Shown piece by piece: positions 8,510 to 19,071 of a stretch of 43,774 bases of DNA. Numbering within the stretch: position 1 is the first letter of the stretch; each line of letters begins with the position of its first letter. The notes under the pieces are model-generated. The model saw only the letters and a program-made list of their open reading frames with translations. It made no database searches and was not told the origin of the DNA. Source of the stretch: a bacterium (GTDB taxonomy: Bacteria; Fidelibacterota; Marinisomatia; Marinisomatales; UBA1611). Made by a program: the position numbers and the translations under genes. The DNA lies in assembly GCA_038127595.1 (NCBI GenBank), contig JAYPIC010000009.1:1-43774 (forward strand), written 5' to 3'.

Positions 8510-11026
8510 ATGAATCAAAAATCACTAATAATTGTAGAGTCACCATCAAAAGCCAGAACTATTGAACAATATCTCGATGGTGAGTTTGAGGTAGTAGCTT
8601 GCGTCGGTCATGTAAAAGACCTCCCATCAAGCAAATTAGGCATAGATATTGAAAATAATTTTGAAATGACACTAGATGTATTACCGAATAGAAAAGACTT
8701 TATAAAAGAGCTAAGAAAAAAAAGTAAATCAGCTAAAAAAGTTTTTATTGCTAGTGATCCTGACCGTGAGGGTGAGGCAATTGCAGCTCATCTTGCTAGT
8801 GAAGTCCCAGATGAAAAATTACAACGTGTGGAATTTACTGAGATCACAAAAGCAGGCGTAACTGAGGGGATGAATAATAGTAGAGATCTTGACAGTAATA
8901 TGATCAATGCACAAAAAACTAGAAGAATCATTGATAGATTAGTTGGGTACAAAGTATCTCCGGTTCTATGGGCTACTTTACAAAAAAATATGAATTTTGT
9001 TAATACTACTCTTTCTGCCGGCAGAGTACAATCAGCCTGCGTAAAAATGATAATAGAAAGAGACAGAAAAAGACAAAAATACAAAAAAACAGAATACTTT
9101 AGCTTAAAGGTTGAATTGAAAAAAGAAAATTCAGATTCAGCCTTCGAAGCTAGCTTAAACAAAATAGGTGACAAAAAAATCGTATCTAGCAACGACTTTG
9201 ACTCAAATACAGGATCATTAAAAAATAAAGATGTAATCATCCTAAATGAAAAAGAAGCAAAAGATCTTTTGTCAAAATTAGATAGTGGAAATTGGGTGGT
9301 AAAAAAGATTGATGAGAAACCAAGGACTTCAAACCCTAAGCCTCCTTTTACTACAAGTACACTCCAACAAGAAGCTGCCAGAAAACTACGTTTTTCTGCA
9401 AAAAATACCATGAGAGTTGCTCAGCAGCTATATGAAAATGGATTCATAACATATATGAGGACTGACTCTACCCATTTGTCAGATGAAGCTGTAAAAGGAT
9501 CAAGACATATTGTTTCCGACTTGTTCGGGGATGATTTCTTGCCAAAAAGTCCAAATAATTATGAGACGAATGTTAAAAACGCTCAGGAAGCCCATGAAGC
9601 AATTCGTCCAGCCCATAAAATATTTAAGAGTATTGATACTGTATCTAAAAAACTTGGAAAAGATGCAGGGAACCTCTACGATCTTATATGGAAAAGAACA
9701 ATTGCCAGTCAAATGCTCCCAGCTAAACTAAAACAAACCTCAGTCATAATTTCAAATGCCGATACAGATTTTAGAGCTAGTGGACAAACTATTGTTTTTC
9801 CTGGCTACATGAAAATATACGTTGAAGGTAAAGACAACCCAGAAGCAGAGCTTGCTAATAAAGAAAAAATATTACCAGAGATGTCTGAAAATGAAATTTT
9901 AATGTGTAACCAGATTAGCTCTCAAAGTCATCAAACAAAACCTCCAGCTAGATTTACTGAAGCATCTTTAGTAAAAGAAATGGAAAATAATGGTATTGGC
10001 AGACCTTCTACTTTTGCTTCTATTTTAGATACTATCGTAAGAAGAGGGTATGTGGAAAAAACAAAAAGTAACCTCTCACCTACTTACTTAGGCTTAGCAA
10101 TTACCCAATTACTTGAAAACCACTTTTCAACTCTAGTTGATAGAGATTTTACAGCTAAGATGGAAAATGAACTGGATGCAATATCTAGAGGTGAATTAGA
10201 GCCAGTACCTTTTATGAATGATTTTTATTTTGGGAATGACGCTCATTTAGGCTTGGAGAAAATGCTACAAGAAAAAGTAGATATAGGAAAAGCATGTACA
10301 ATACCGTTACCTATCGGTTACGATGATACCGTAGAGGCTAGAATAGGGAAATTTGGTCCTTATCTTCGTAAAGAGGAAGATACCAGATCAATTCCACAAG
10401 ATATATATATAGGAGATCTTACAAACGATATTATTGATTCACTTTTCAAAGATCAAAGAAAAGATGCTACGCTGGGAAAAGACCCAAAAACAAAAGAAGA
10501 TATTTTGTTAAAGAAAGGACCTTACGGCCATTATGTGCAACTGGGCGAATCGACAAAGAGAAAAGCAATTCCAAAAGGGACTGATATTGAATCTGTGGAT
10601 CTAGATCTGGCAGTAAAATTACTTTCATTACCAAGGACAGTTGGTGAGCACCCAGAAACAGGTGTGTCAATAACTGCTGATTACGGAAGGTATGGCCCTT
10701 ATTTAAAAATGGATAAATCCAATGCAAGACTTATAGGCCCTGCTACTCCATTAACCGTTACTTTGGATGAGGCAGTAGAAATTTTAAGCAAATCAAAAAG
10801 AGGCTCAAGCGAACTTAAAACACTTGGCAAACACCCTGATACTGGCGAAGAATTGGTGTTAAAAGAAGGTAGATATGGACCATATATCTCAGATGGAAAA
10901 GTAAATGCGGCACTTAAGTCAGATAATGACCCTAATTCAATAACTTTAGAAGAAGCAACAGAATTGATAGATTTAAAGAGGGCAGCGCCAAAAAGACCTC
11001 GTAAAAAAAGACGAAAAAAGAAATGA
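8510..11026 (+). CDS. topA: DNA topoisomerase I (type IA) with C-terminal repeats and a basic tail
   Basis: IVESPSKA, DPDREGEAIA, SAGRVQS, ITYMRTDS (catalytic Tyr), AQEAHEAIRP, and four G(K/R/P)(F/Y)G(P/H)Y repeats. Confidence 0.98.
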   Translation: MNQKSLIIVESPSKARTIEQYLDGEFEVVACVGHVKDLPSSKLGIDIENNFEMTLDVLPNRKDFIKELRKKSKSAKKVFIASDPDREGEAIAAHLASEVPDEKLQRVEFTEITKAGVTEGMNNSRDLDSNMINAQKTRRIIDRLVGYKVSPVLWATLQKNMNFVNTTLSAGRVQSACVKMIIERDRKRQKYKKTEYFSLKVELKKENSDSAFEASLNKIGDKKIVSSNDFDSNTGSLKNKDVIILNEKEAKDLLSKLDSGNWVVKKIDEKPRTSNPKPPFTTSTLQQEAARKLRFSAKNTMRVAQQLYENGFITYMRTDSTHLSDEAVKGSRHIVSDLFGDDFLPKSPNNYETNVKNAQEAHEAIRPAHKIFKSIDTVSKKLGKDAGNLYDLIWKRTIASQMLPAKLKQTSVIISNADTDFRASGQTIVFPGYMKIYVEGKDNPEAELANKEKILPEMSENEILMCNQISSQSHQTKPPARFTEASLVKEMENNGIGRPSTFASILDTIVRRGYVEKTKSNLSPTYLGLAITQLLENHFSTLVDRDFTAKMENELDAISRGELEPVPFMNDFYFGNDAHLGLEKMLQEKVDIGKACTIPLPIGYDDTVEARIGKFGPYLRKEEDTRSIPQDIYIGDLTNDIIDSLFKDQRKDATLGKDPKTKEDILLKKGPYGHYVQLGESTKRKAIPKGTDIESVDLDLAVKLLSLPRTVGEHPETGVSITADYGRYGPYLKMDKSNARLIGPATPLTVTLDEAVEILSKSKRGSSELKTLGKHPDTGEELVLKEGRYGPYISDGKVNAALKSDNDPNSITLEEATELIDLKRAAPKRPRKKRRKKK

Positions 11027-12348
11027 ACAAAACGATAGAAAAAATAGTATCACTTTGCAAACAAAGAGGGTTTGTTTACCAAAGCTCAGATATATATGGA
11101 GGTTTTGGAGCAGTTTATGACTATGGCCCACTTGGTGTAGAATTAAAAAATAATATTGCTAATGCTTGGTGGAAGGAGATGACAAGGAATCATGAGAATA
11201 TCGTTGGCTTAGACAGCGGCATTCTTATGCATCCAAAAATTTGGGAAGCATCTGGGCATGTAGGGGAATTTCATGATCCTTTAGTTGATTGTAAACATTG
11301 CGGTGCTAGATACAGAGCAGATGAACTAGCAGATGACATTGATAATACAGACTGGGAGGATATGAAATGTCCGAAATGTGGCACTACTGGAAAAATGACA
11401 TCACCTAGACAATTCAATTTAATGTTTAAAACTCAAGTAGGACCGCTAGAAGAGTCTGGCTCCACAGCATATTTAAGGCCTGAAACAGCTCAAGGTATCT
11501 ATGTTAATTATCAACTAGTGCAAGGCTCAACCCGCATGAAAATTCCTTTTGGAATAGCCCAAATTGGCAAAGCGTTTCGTAATGAAATCATCGCAAGAAA
11601 TTTTATTTTTAGGACCAGAGAATTTGAACAAATGGAAATGCAATATTTTACTCAACCTGGTAAAGATGATAATGCCTTAATCGAATGGAAGCAAAAACGA
11701 ATAGATTTTTATAATGATGTTCTTGGAATTTCGCCTGAAAAATTAAGATTCCATCAGCATGGTGATAATGAACTCGCTCATTACGCAAAAGAAGCATGGG
11801 ATATTGAGTATAATTTCCCTTTTGGTTGGTCTGAGATTGAGGGAATTCATAATAGAACAGACTTTGACTTAAAAAATCACGAAGAATTTTCAGGTAAAAA
11901 CCTAAAATATTTTGATCAAGAAAATAATGAAAGGTATTTACCATACATTATTGAAACTTCTGCTGGCTTGAATAGAATGCTATTAGCTGTATTATCTGAT
12001 TCATATTGGGAGGACACGGAAAATAACCGTACTGTAATGAAATTTGACCCTAAAATTGCTCCCACAAAAGCGGTTATTTGTCCTTTAGTAAAGAAAGATG
12101 GTTTGCCGGAAAAAGCCAAGTCAATCATTGAAGTTTTAAAACCTCATTTTAATGTGTTATATGATCAACAGGGTTCAATTGGGAAAAGATATTACAGGCA
12201 AGATGAGGCCGGCACTCCATTTGGTATTACAGTAGACCACCAAACAATGGATGATAGCACAGTAACTATAAGATATAGAGATACTCAAAAACAAGATCGA
12301 TATTCTGTAGAAAATATATTAAAAATCATTCAAGATAGTCTCTTGTAA
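11023..12348 (+). CDS. glyQS: Glycine--tRNA ligase, alpha2 (homodimeric) type
   Basis: YDYGPLG, WEASGH, LRPETAQG, FRNEI..RNFIFRTREFEQME, IGKRY.RQDEAGTPF. Confidence 0.97.
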   Translation: MNKTIEKIVSLCKQRGFVYQSSDIYGGFGAVYDYGPLGVELKNNIANAWWKEMTRNHENIVGLDSGILMHPKIWEASGHVGEFHDPLVDCKHCGARYRADELADDIDNTDWEDMKCPKCGTTGKMTSPRQFNLMFKTQVGPLEESGSTAYLRPETAQGIYVNYQLVQGSTRMKIPFGIAQIGKAFRNEIIARNFIFRTREFEQMEMQYFTQPGKDDNALIEWKQKRIDFYNDVLGISPEKLRFHQHGDNELAHYAKEAWDIEYNFPFGWSEIEGIHNRTDFDLKNHEEFSGKNLKYFDQENNERYLPYIIETSAGLNRMLLAVLSDSYWEDTENNRTVMKFDPKIAPTKAVICPLVKKDGLPEKAKSIIEVLKPHFNVLYDQQGSIGKRYYRQDEAGTPFGITVDHQTMDDSTVTIRYRDTQKQDRYSVENILKIIQDSLL

Positions 12349-12364
12349 TTCAATACATAAATTA

Positions 12365-14050
12365 ATGTATAGATATTTTTTTCTGGCCTTTTTTAGTTTG
12401 TCTCTAAACTATGCCGCTTACCCTGATCCAGTATATTCTGAAAATGGAATGGTCGTTTCTTTACATCATGAGGCATCGTCTGCTGGTATTAAAATACTTC
12501 AGAAGGGGGGGAATGCCATAGATGCTGCTGTAGCTGTTGGGTTTGCTCTAGCAGTAACTTGCCCTGAAAACGGTAACCTTGGCGGTGGTGGCTTTATGAT
12601 TGGCGCTACATCAAAAGGCGAAATATTTTCTCAAGATCATAGAGAAAAAGCACCAACTAGATCAACTAAAAATATGTTCTTAGATGAGGCAGGCTCGGTA
12701 ATTCCTCAAATGTCCTTAACATCAAGAGCTTCTAGCGGTGTTCCAGGAACAGTACATGGCTTGTTAACCGCCTGGAAAGATCATGGATCTGGAAACATTC
12801 GTTTGCAACAATTATTAGCCCCAGCGATTAAATTAGCAGATAAAGGATATGTTTTATCTAAAAGGCGTGCAGACCTTTACAACTACTATAAAACGGCATT
12901 TACTAAGAACGATGCCGCAGCAAAAATATTTATCAAACATGATGAAAGTCCTTGGAAACAAGGAGATGTCTTCGTGCAAAAAGACTTAGCTAAGACACTT
13001 AAGCGAATATCAAAATTTGGTATAAGCGGATTTTACAATGGTACAACCGCTAAGCTAATTATAAAAGAAATGGAACGAGGCAATGGGCTTATTTCTCATA
13101 ATGATTTAAAGGCATATCAATCCGTTTATCGTGAACCAGTAATTGGGACATTTAAAGGTTTGGAAGTGATTTCAATGGGGCCTCCTAGTTCAGGGGGACT
13201 TTTATTGATTCATATGCTAAATGCTATAGAAAATTTTCCAATAGATACTCTAGGTTGGAATTCAACTGACTATATACATCTATTAACTGAAATTGCAAAA
13301 CGCGCATATGCTGATAGAGCAGAGCATCTTGGGGATCCTGATTTTTGGAATAATCCTAGAGATTTATTCTTGTCAAAAAAATATGCGGAAAAGAGGATTT
13401 CAAACTTATCTATGGAGTCACATACTCCTAGTAAAGAAGTATTTTCAGGGATTTATAATGATAATGAAAGCGATGAAACGACTCATTATTCTGTCGTAGA
13501 TAACGATGGTAACGCAGTGTCAGTAACAAGTACGTTAAATCAAAATTTTGGTAATAAACATATCGTAGCAGGAGCTGGATTTTTTCTAAATAACGAAATG
13601 GATGATTTTTCTATCAAACCTGGAACCCCAAACTTTTGGGGTCTAGTAGGTAGCAAAGCAAATTCTATTGAACCAAACAAAAGACCACTAAGTTCCATGA
13701 CTCCGACGATTATCATGTATGATGGCGCCCCTATTATGACAATTGGCTCTCCCGGCGGGTCTAAAATAATTACTACTGTTTTACAATGTATATTAAATGT
13801 ATTTATTCATGATATGAACATCAAACAAGCAGTTTGTGCACCTAGAATTCACCATCAATGGCTACCAGAAAACACAGTGTACATTGAGCCAAATGGAATC
13901 TCAAAGGATATCATTAAAAATTTACAATCGCGTGGTCACACAATAAAAACCTATGGCTATATGGGTGTCGCGAATGGAATTATTATCGAAGATGATGGGT
14001 TATATGGTGGCACAGATTGCAGAGATGAAACATCAGCTATTGGTTATTAA
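12365..14050 (+). CDS. ggt: Gamma-glutamyltransferase
   Basis: GGNAIDAA, GNLGGGGF, ETTHYSVVD (nucleophile Thr), NNEMDDF, KRPLSSMTP, GSPGGS; signal peptide. Confidence 0.96.
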   Translation: MYRYFFLAFFSLSLNYAAYPDPVYSENGMVVSLHHEASSAGIKILQKGGNAIDAAVAVGFALAVTCPENGNLGGGGFMIGATSKGEIFSQDHREKAPTRSTKNMFLDEAGSVIPQMSLTSRASSGVPGTVHGLLTAWKDHGSGNIRLQQLLAPAIKLADKGYVLSKRRADLYNYYKTAFTKNDAAAKIFIKHDESPWKQGDVFVQKDLAKTLKRISKFGISGFYNGTTAKLIIKEMERGNGLISHNDLKAYQSVYREPVIGTFKGLEVISMGPPSSGGLLLIHMLNAIENFPIDTLGWNSTDYIHLLTEIAKRAYADRAEHLGDPDFWNNPRDLFLSKKYAEKRISNLSMESHTPSKEVFSGIYNDNESDETTHYSVVDNDGNAVSVTSTLNQNFGNKHIVAGAGFFLNNEMDDFSIKPGTPNFWGLVGSKANSIEPNKRPLSSMTPTIIMYDGAPIMTIGSPGGSKIITTVLQCILNVFIHDMNIKQAVCAPRIHHQWLPENTVYIEPNGISKDIIKNLQSRGHTIKTYGYMGVANGIIIEDDGLYGGTDCRDETSAIGY

Positions 14051-14937
14051 TTATATATACTTTCCCACTCTTTAATTCTTTTTGTTACCCACTCTGTATC
14101 TGGCGAGTCTATATTTACCATCTCTGACTTGTTGGCTCTTATCCAAAACCATGAACCATTTGGGACTCCATTCCTGTAATTGCCACTTAATGCAATTACA
14201 CCATCTTTATAATTATAAGTCCATTGGCCATGTTTTTCACCAAATCTATAATTACCAATTACAGATTTTTGGCCATCTATATAATAATCTATAAATTCTC
14301 CATGAAGCATTCCCTTTGAGTATCTTTGCTTATTTGAAATTAATCCAGTATTACCCCATAATATCTGAACTCCATCTTTCAGTCCATCTTTCCAATTATA
14401 TTCATATTTAGGAAGGCCATCATCATTCCATTCCTTCTCAATGCCGCTCTTAATACCATAATTATACATTATCTCAATCTGCTTATTACCATTTTTGTAT
14501 TTTTTAAGACACTTCCCATTAGGCTTATCATCCATATATCCAAAAGAGCTGGCTAATTTCCCATTCTCATACCACTCACTCCACCTTCCCTCTTTTTTAC
14601 CATTTTTGTATTTTCCTCGTTTCATCAATTGTCCATTTGAAAACCACCATTCCCATATACTATCCTCCATAGACTTTACATAATAACCGACTTTATATTT
14701 CTCACCATTAGGATACCACCAAATCCATTTCCCATCTTTTAAACCTCGATTATAACTACCTTTCAGTTCTTTGTTGCCATTCGGATAATAGTTAAAAGCA
14801 AAACCTTTGAAAGGTTCTTTAGCTCCATCAATATATTTTATTGATATACCTTGATCATTGATCCCATCCGATAATTCCGTAATCAATATTTGCGCATTGA
14901 TTAAAAGAGGCGACATGAAAACGAGTAAATAAATCAT
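14047..14937 (-). CDS. Exported MORN-variant repeat protein (YwqK-like)
   Basis: Many G.W..WY.NG.....G.Y..G.K.G repeats; N-terminal signal peptide. Confidence 0.85.
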   Translation of the reverse strand: MIYLLVFMSPLLINAQILITELSDGINDQGISIKYIDGAKEPFKGFAFNYYPNGNKELKGSYNRGLKDGKWIWWYPNGEKYKVGYYVKSMEDSIWEWWFSNGQLMKRGKYKNGKKEGRWSEWYENGKLASSFGYMDDKPNGKCLKKYKNGNKQIEIMYNYGIKSGIEKEWNDDGLPKYEYNWKDGLKDGVQILWGNTGLISNKQRYSKGMLHGEFIDYYIDGQKSVIGNYRFGEKHGQWTYNYKDGVIALSGNYRNGVPNGSWFWIRANKSEMVNIDSPDTEWVTKRIKEWESIYN

Positions 14938-16106
14938 CCCAAACTAAATGAATTTTCAACTAATTTTAGGAAAACTGATGACCCTACAAGTAATGACCTT
15001 TCATCGATATTAAAGTGAGAGCAATGATGAGGAGTTGATAATAATTCTTTCTCATTTGGAGCAGATCCTATGAAGAAAAAACAACCTGGCCTTTTCTGCA
15101 AATAATAAGAAAAATCCTCTCCTCCCATGGATAAATAAGGACTTTTTGCCCCTTCTCCTACTATTGAGGTTGCTGCATCTAATACTTTTTTAGTTGAAAA
15201 TTCATCATTTACAGTAGGGGGATATCCATCTTTGTATTTTAATGTAATTTTTGCTCCGAAAGATTTTGAAACACCATCAATTATTTCTTTCATTCTTTTT
15301 TTTATCATTTTTTGATTTGATTCTGTATAGGATCTAGTGGTACCTGACATATTCACATGGTCTGAGATAACATTGAAGTTATGCCCTCCATTAATTTTAC
15401 CAATTGATATGACCGTACTTTCTAAAGGATTTGTATTTCTACTAACTATCGTTTGTAACTGTGTAATTAAGTTACTTGCCACAACAATCGGGTCAACAGT
15501 CCCTTGCGGAGTTGCACCATGGCCCCCTTTTCCCATCACTTCAATGTCAAACAAATCAGCCGATGCCATTACAGGGCCAGTTTTAACTCCAACTTCACCA
15601 TAGCGTTGATAATTCCAAAGATGTAATCCATAGATTTCATCGACACCTTTTAAACATCCATCTTTTATCATATACCTTGCTCCGCCTAAACCTTCTTCAG
15701 CCGGCTGAAAAATAAATCTTACCGTTCCTTTTTTTAATTTAGTATTCTTAGATAATGCTTGTGCAACACCTAATAAGATGGCCATGTGTCCATCGTGCCC
15801 ACATGCATGCATCACACCATCATTTAGTGATCTAAAAGATAATTTACTATCTTCATGAATAGGTAAAGCATCCATGTCTGCTCTTAAAGCAATCGTAGGA
15901 CCTGGTCCAAACTTTAGCTCAGCAACAACTCCGGTTTTGCCAACTTCTTTTTCATAAGATATTCCAAATGTATCCAAATGATTACTTATGGTATCAGCAG
16001 TTTTAAATTCTTTAAAACTTAATTCAGGATATTGGTGGAAGTTTCTTCTATAGCCAATTATATCATTTTCTATTTTTTTAATTTCTTTTTTTATTTTTAC
16101 GCTCAT
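14934..16106 (-). CDS. M20D-family amidohydrolase
   Basis: HQYPELSFKE, LRADMDALP, MHACGHDGH, FQPAEEG, GGEDFS, PHH. Confidence 0.95.
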   Translation of the reverse strand: MSVKIKKEIKKIENDIIGYRRNFHQYPELSFKEFKTADTISNHLDTFGISYEKEVGKTGVVAELKFGPGPTIALRADMDALPIHEDSKLSFRSLNDGVMHACGHDGHMAILLGVAQALSKNTKLKKGTVRFIFQPAEEGLGGARYMIKDGCLKGVDEIYGLHLWNYQRYGEVGVKTGPVMASADLFDIEVMGKGGHGATPQGTVDPIVVASNLITQLQTIVSRNTNPLESTVISIGKINGGHNFNVISDHVNMSGTTRSYTESNQKMIKKRMKEIIDGVSKSFGAKITLKYKDGYPPTVNDEFSTKKVLDAATSIVGEGAKSPYLSMGGEDFSYYLQKRPGCFFFIGSAPNEKELLSTPHHCSHFNIDERSLLVGSSVFLKLVENSFSLG

Positions 16107-16885
16107 TCTGTACCTATGTCTAAAATAATATTCCTTACTAATTTAATAAAATTTTTCTGAGCTTTTTTTGCATTCAACAAGACATCCTCGTGCCTGAGAG
16201 TTTTGTTATCTAAGCCTGCAGCATAATTTGTTAAAACAGATAAAACTAAAGTGCTCATTTTATTTCTTTTTGCGGCCTCAACCTCAGGCAATGTACTCAT
16301 TCCAACAGCATCTCCACCTAATTTTTGAAGAAATTGAATTTCCGCTGGAGTTTCATATGCGGGGCCATGCATCCAACAATATTTTCCCTTTAAAAGTTCT
16401 ACGTTATTTTTCTTTGCTACAATGCATGCAAGCTTAACCAAATTTTCATTATAATATTTATCTCCCTCTTTTAAATCAGGTAGCTTTGAGCTATCTAAAA
16501 AAGTACAATCATAATGACCATCAATTAACATTAGTGAACCCGGTTTATTATCTAAACGTAAGCTACCAGAAGAATTTGTGATAATGATATTTTTAACTCC
16601 TAGTTCATGGAATAGCTGAATAGGCATAATTACTTCTTCTTTTTTAATTGCTTCATAAAGGTGCAACCTACCTCTAGCTATCAAAATTTGTTTCTCTAAA
16701 AAATATCCTGATATTAACTCACCCTTGTGCCCATCTACTGTAGATGAAGGAAAAGAATCAATTTTACTATATGGTATTATGATTTTATCATTTAAAAGAT
16801 CAACTATATGATCTAATCCAGAACCTAGTACAATACCAAGGCTTCCATTAAATTTCAATATGGATTTTATTTTATTAATTAGCAC
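16103..16885 (-). CDS. Purine-nucleoside phosphorylase (trimeric PunA/XapA type)
   Basis: GIVLGSGL, TVDGHKG, GRLHLYE, GPAYETPAE, DAVGMST.PE, TNYAAG. GTG start. Confidence 0.93.
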   Translation of the reverse strand: MLINKIKSILKFNGSLGIVLGSGLDHIVDLLNDKIIIPYSKIDSFPSSTVDGHKGELISGYFLEKQILIARGRLHLYEAIKKEEVIMPIQLFHELGVKNIIITNSSGSLRLDNKPGSLMLIDGHYDCTFLDSSKLPDLKEGDKYYNENLVKLACIVAKKNNVELLKGKYCWMHGPAYETPAEIQFLQKLGGDAVGMSTLPEVEAAKRNKMSTLVLSVLTNYAAGLDNKTLRHEDVLLNAKKAQKNFIKLVRNIILDIGTE

Positions 16886-16900
16886 AGTGTTTAATTATAA

Positions 16901-17929
16901 CTATACTTGATTTCTTGTTGCTAATTGCCCGCATCCAGCATCAATATCCGTGCCTTTACTCCACCTTACAGTTATAGGGAATTTTGCCGGACGCAATGCT
17001 ATTACAAAGTTTTCTATCTGATCCTTATCAGGCCTCCGGAATTCCCCATCAGTTTCATTATAAGGTATAATATTAAGTTTACATTTTTTCATTCCTGCAA
17101 GCATACTCAACAATCTTTTTGCATCTTCAACCGAGTCATTAATATCTTTTAACAACACATATTCAAATGTTAACCACCTATTTACGGTTTCAGTATACTT
17201 TCTAGCCACATTTAATAATTCATCAAGGGAGTTTTTTATATTAATGGGCATTATCGAAGTCCTTTGCTCATTGGTTGTTCCATTAAGGCTAATTGCTAAT
17301 TTGAATTTTTCTTTACTTTTTGTGAATTCTTCAATTTTACTTATAACGCCCGCTGTAGAAATAGTTATTCTTTTGGAGCCCATGTTAATACCATTAGGGT
17401 CATTCAATAGCTTAGCAGCTTTAATAACATTTTTATAATTTAAAAATGGCTCCCCCATACCCATAAAAACAATATTAGTAATCGGCTTATTTATTTTTTG
17501 ACGAGCTAATAAGTATTGGTCTAATATTTCACCTACACTTAGATTTTCCTTGAACCCCATTTTTGCAGTTGCACAAAATTTACAATCCAAAGCACACCCC
17601 ACCTGGGTAGAGATGCACAAGGTAACCCTATTCTTCTCGTTCATTAATACGGACTCGATCAATGCTCCACTCTGAGTTTTAAATAAAAATTTATTTGTTT
17701 TTTCACTACTTGAATTTGTTGAGTTAATCAATTCCAGGGGATGAATGCAATGACCTCTCTTTAGATCACCAATTAAAGACTTTGGTAAATTTTTTAATTC
17801 AGTTAAATCACTTACCTCATTTCGATACATCCAATTAAATAATTGTTTAGATCTAAAGTCTTCTACACCTAATTCTGAACATAGGTCTGAAAATTCATCT
17901 AAATTTTTTCCGATTAATGATTTTTTCAT
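16901..17929 (-). CDS. rlmN: 23S rRNA (A2503-C2)/tRNA methyltransferase RlmN
   Basis: CISTQVGCALDCKFCAT radical-SAM motif, MGMGEP, DIDAGCGQL. Confidence 0.96.
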   Translation of the reverse strand: MKKSLIGKNLDEFSDLCSELGVEDFRSKQLFNWMYRNEVSDLTELKNLPKSLIGDLKRGHCIHPLELINSTNSSSEKTNKFLFKTQSGALIESVLMNEKNRVTLCISTQVGCALDCKFCATAKMGFKENLSVGEILDQYLLARQKINKPITNIVFMGMGEPFLNYKNVIKAAKLLNDPNGINMGSKRITISTAGVISKIEEFTKSKEKFKLAISLNGTTNEQRTSIMPINIKNSLDELLNVARKYTETVNRWLTFEYVLLKDINDSVEDAKRLLSMLAGMKKCKLNIIPYNETDGEFRRPDKDQIENFVIALRPAKFPITVRWSKGTDIDAGCGQLATRNQV

Positions 17930-18044
17930 TTTAGTTATAAATTTTTAAATAATAAAAATATACATGTTTTTCACTTCCTGAAATTAACTTATCAAGTTAA
18001 GTTTCTGCCCGCAAATAATTATTAACAAAAAAAATAAAGCTATA

Positions 18045-19040
18045 ATGTCAAAAAACATAAATGATACAGAATTACTTGAGCACCTTGTAGAATCAAAAAT
18101 TAATTTTATTAAAGAAATCAGTAAAACTGTAATTGGTCAAAAAGATATTTTAGATCAAATGTTAATTGCCCTTCTTACAAGAGGTCATACTTTGTTAGTT
18201 GGAGTTCCAGGTTTAGCAAAAACATTATTAATCAAATCAATGGCAGAAATTTGTGACCTTTCATTTAAAAGAATACAGTTTACTCCAGATTTGATGCCAA
18301 GTGATATAACTGGCACCGAGCTAATTGATATCGACCCTGAAACTGAGCAAAGAAATTTTCGATTTTTTAAAGGTCCAATATTTGGCAACATAATTCTTGC
18401 TGATGAAATAAATAGAACCCCTCCAAAAACTCAAGCAGCTCTATTGGAGGCAATGCAAGAAAATAAAGTAACAGCTGGAGGACATACTCATAATCTAGAT
18501 AAGCCATTTTTTGTTTTAGCCACTCAGAATCCTATTGAGCAAGAAGGAACTTATCCTTTACCTGAAGCACAATTGGACCGTTTCATGTTTCATTTAAATG
18601 TCGGTTACCCTTCCATAGAGGAAGAGGTTTCGATTGTGAATAAAACAACGATTGGTAAACAAGAAATTGTTAATAAAGTCTTTACAAAAGAATCCATTAT
18701 AAATTTTCAAGAACTTACTCTTAGAGTACCAATATCTGAGAATGTAGTTACCTATGCGGTTAAGCTAGCATCCTCAACTAGACCTAATGAAGAAACTAGT
18801 GATAATTTTATTAAACAATGGGTAGAATGGGGAGCAGGTCCTAGAGCATCTCAATTTCTAGCTTTAGGTGCTAAAGCGAAAGCTCTTTTAGATGGAAGAC
18901 CAACGCCTAGTATTGAAGATGTGCAATTACTTGCACCAGATATTTTGAGACATAGAGTACTTCCTAATTTTAATGCAGAAGCAGAAGGTATAAAAGTTGA
19001 TGATATTGTTGAGCACCTTATTAAAAATATAGAGGCTTAA
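18045..19040 (+). CDS. MoxR-family AAA+ ATPase
   Basis: GVPGLAKT, RIQFTPDLMPSD, DEINRTPPKTQAALLEAM, NPIEQEGTYPLPEAQLDRF. Confidence 0.96.
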   Translation: MSKNINDTELLEHLVESKINFIKEISKTVIGQKDILDQMLIALLTRGHTLLVGVPGLAKTLLIKSMAEICDLSFKRIQFTPDLMPSDITGTELIDIDPETEQRNFRFFKGPIFGNIILADEINRTPPKTQAALLEAMQENKVTAGGHTHNLDKPFFVLATQNPIEQEGTYPLPEAQLDRFMFHLNVGYPSIEEEVSIVNKTTIGKQEIVNKVFTKESIINFQELTLRVPISENVVTYAVKLASSTRPNEETSDNFIKQWVEWGAGPRASQFLALGAKAKALLDGRPTPSIEDVQLLAPDILRHRVLPNFNAEAEGIKVDDIVEHLIKNIEA

Positions 19041-19071
19041 TATTTCACAGGTAAGTGAAAAGAAAAAATAT

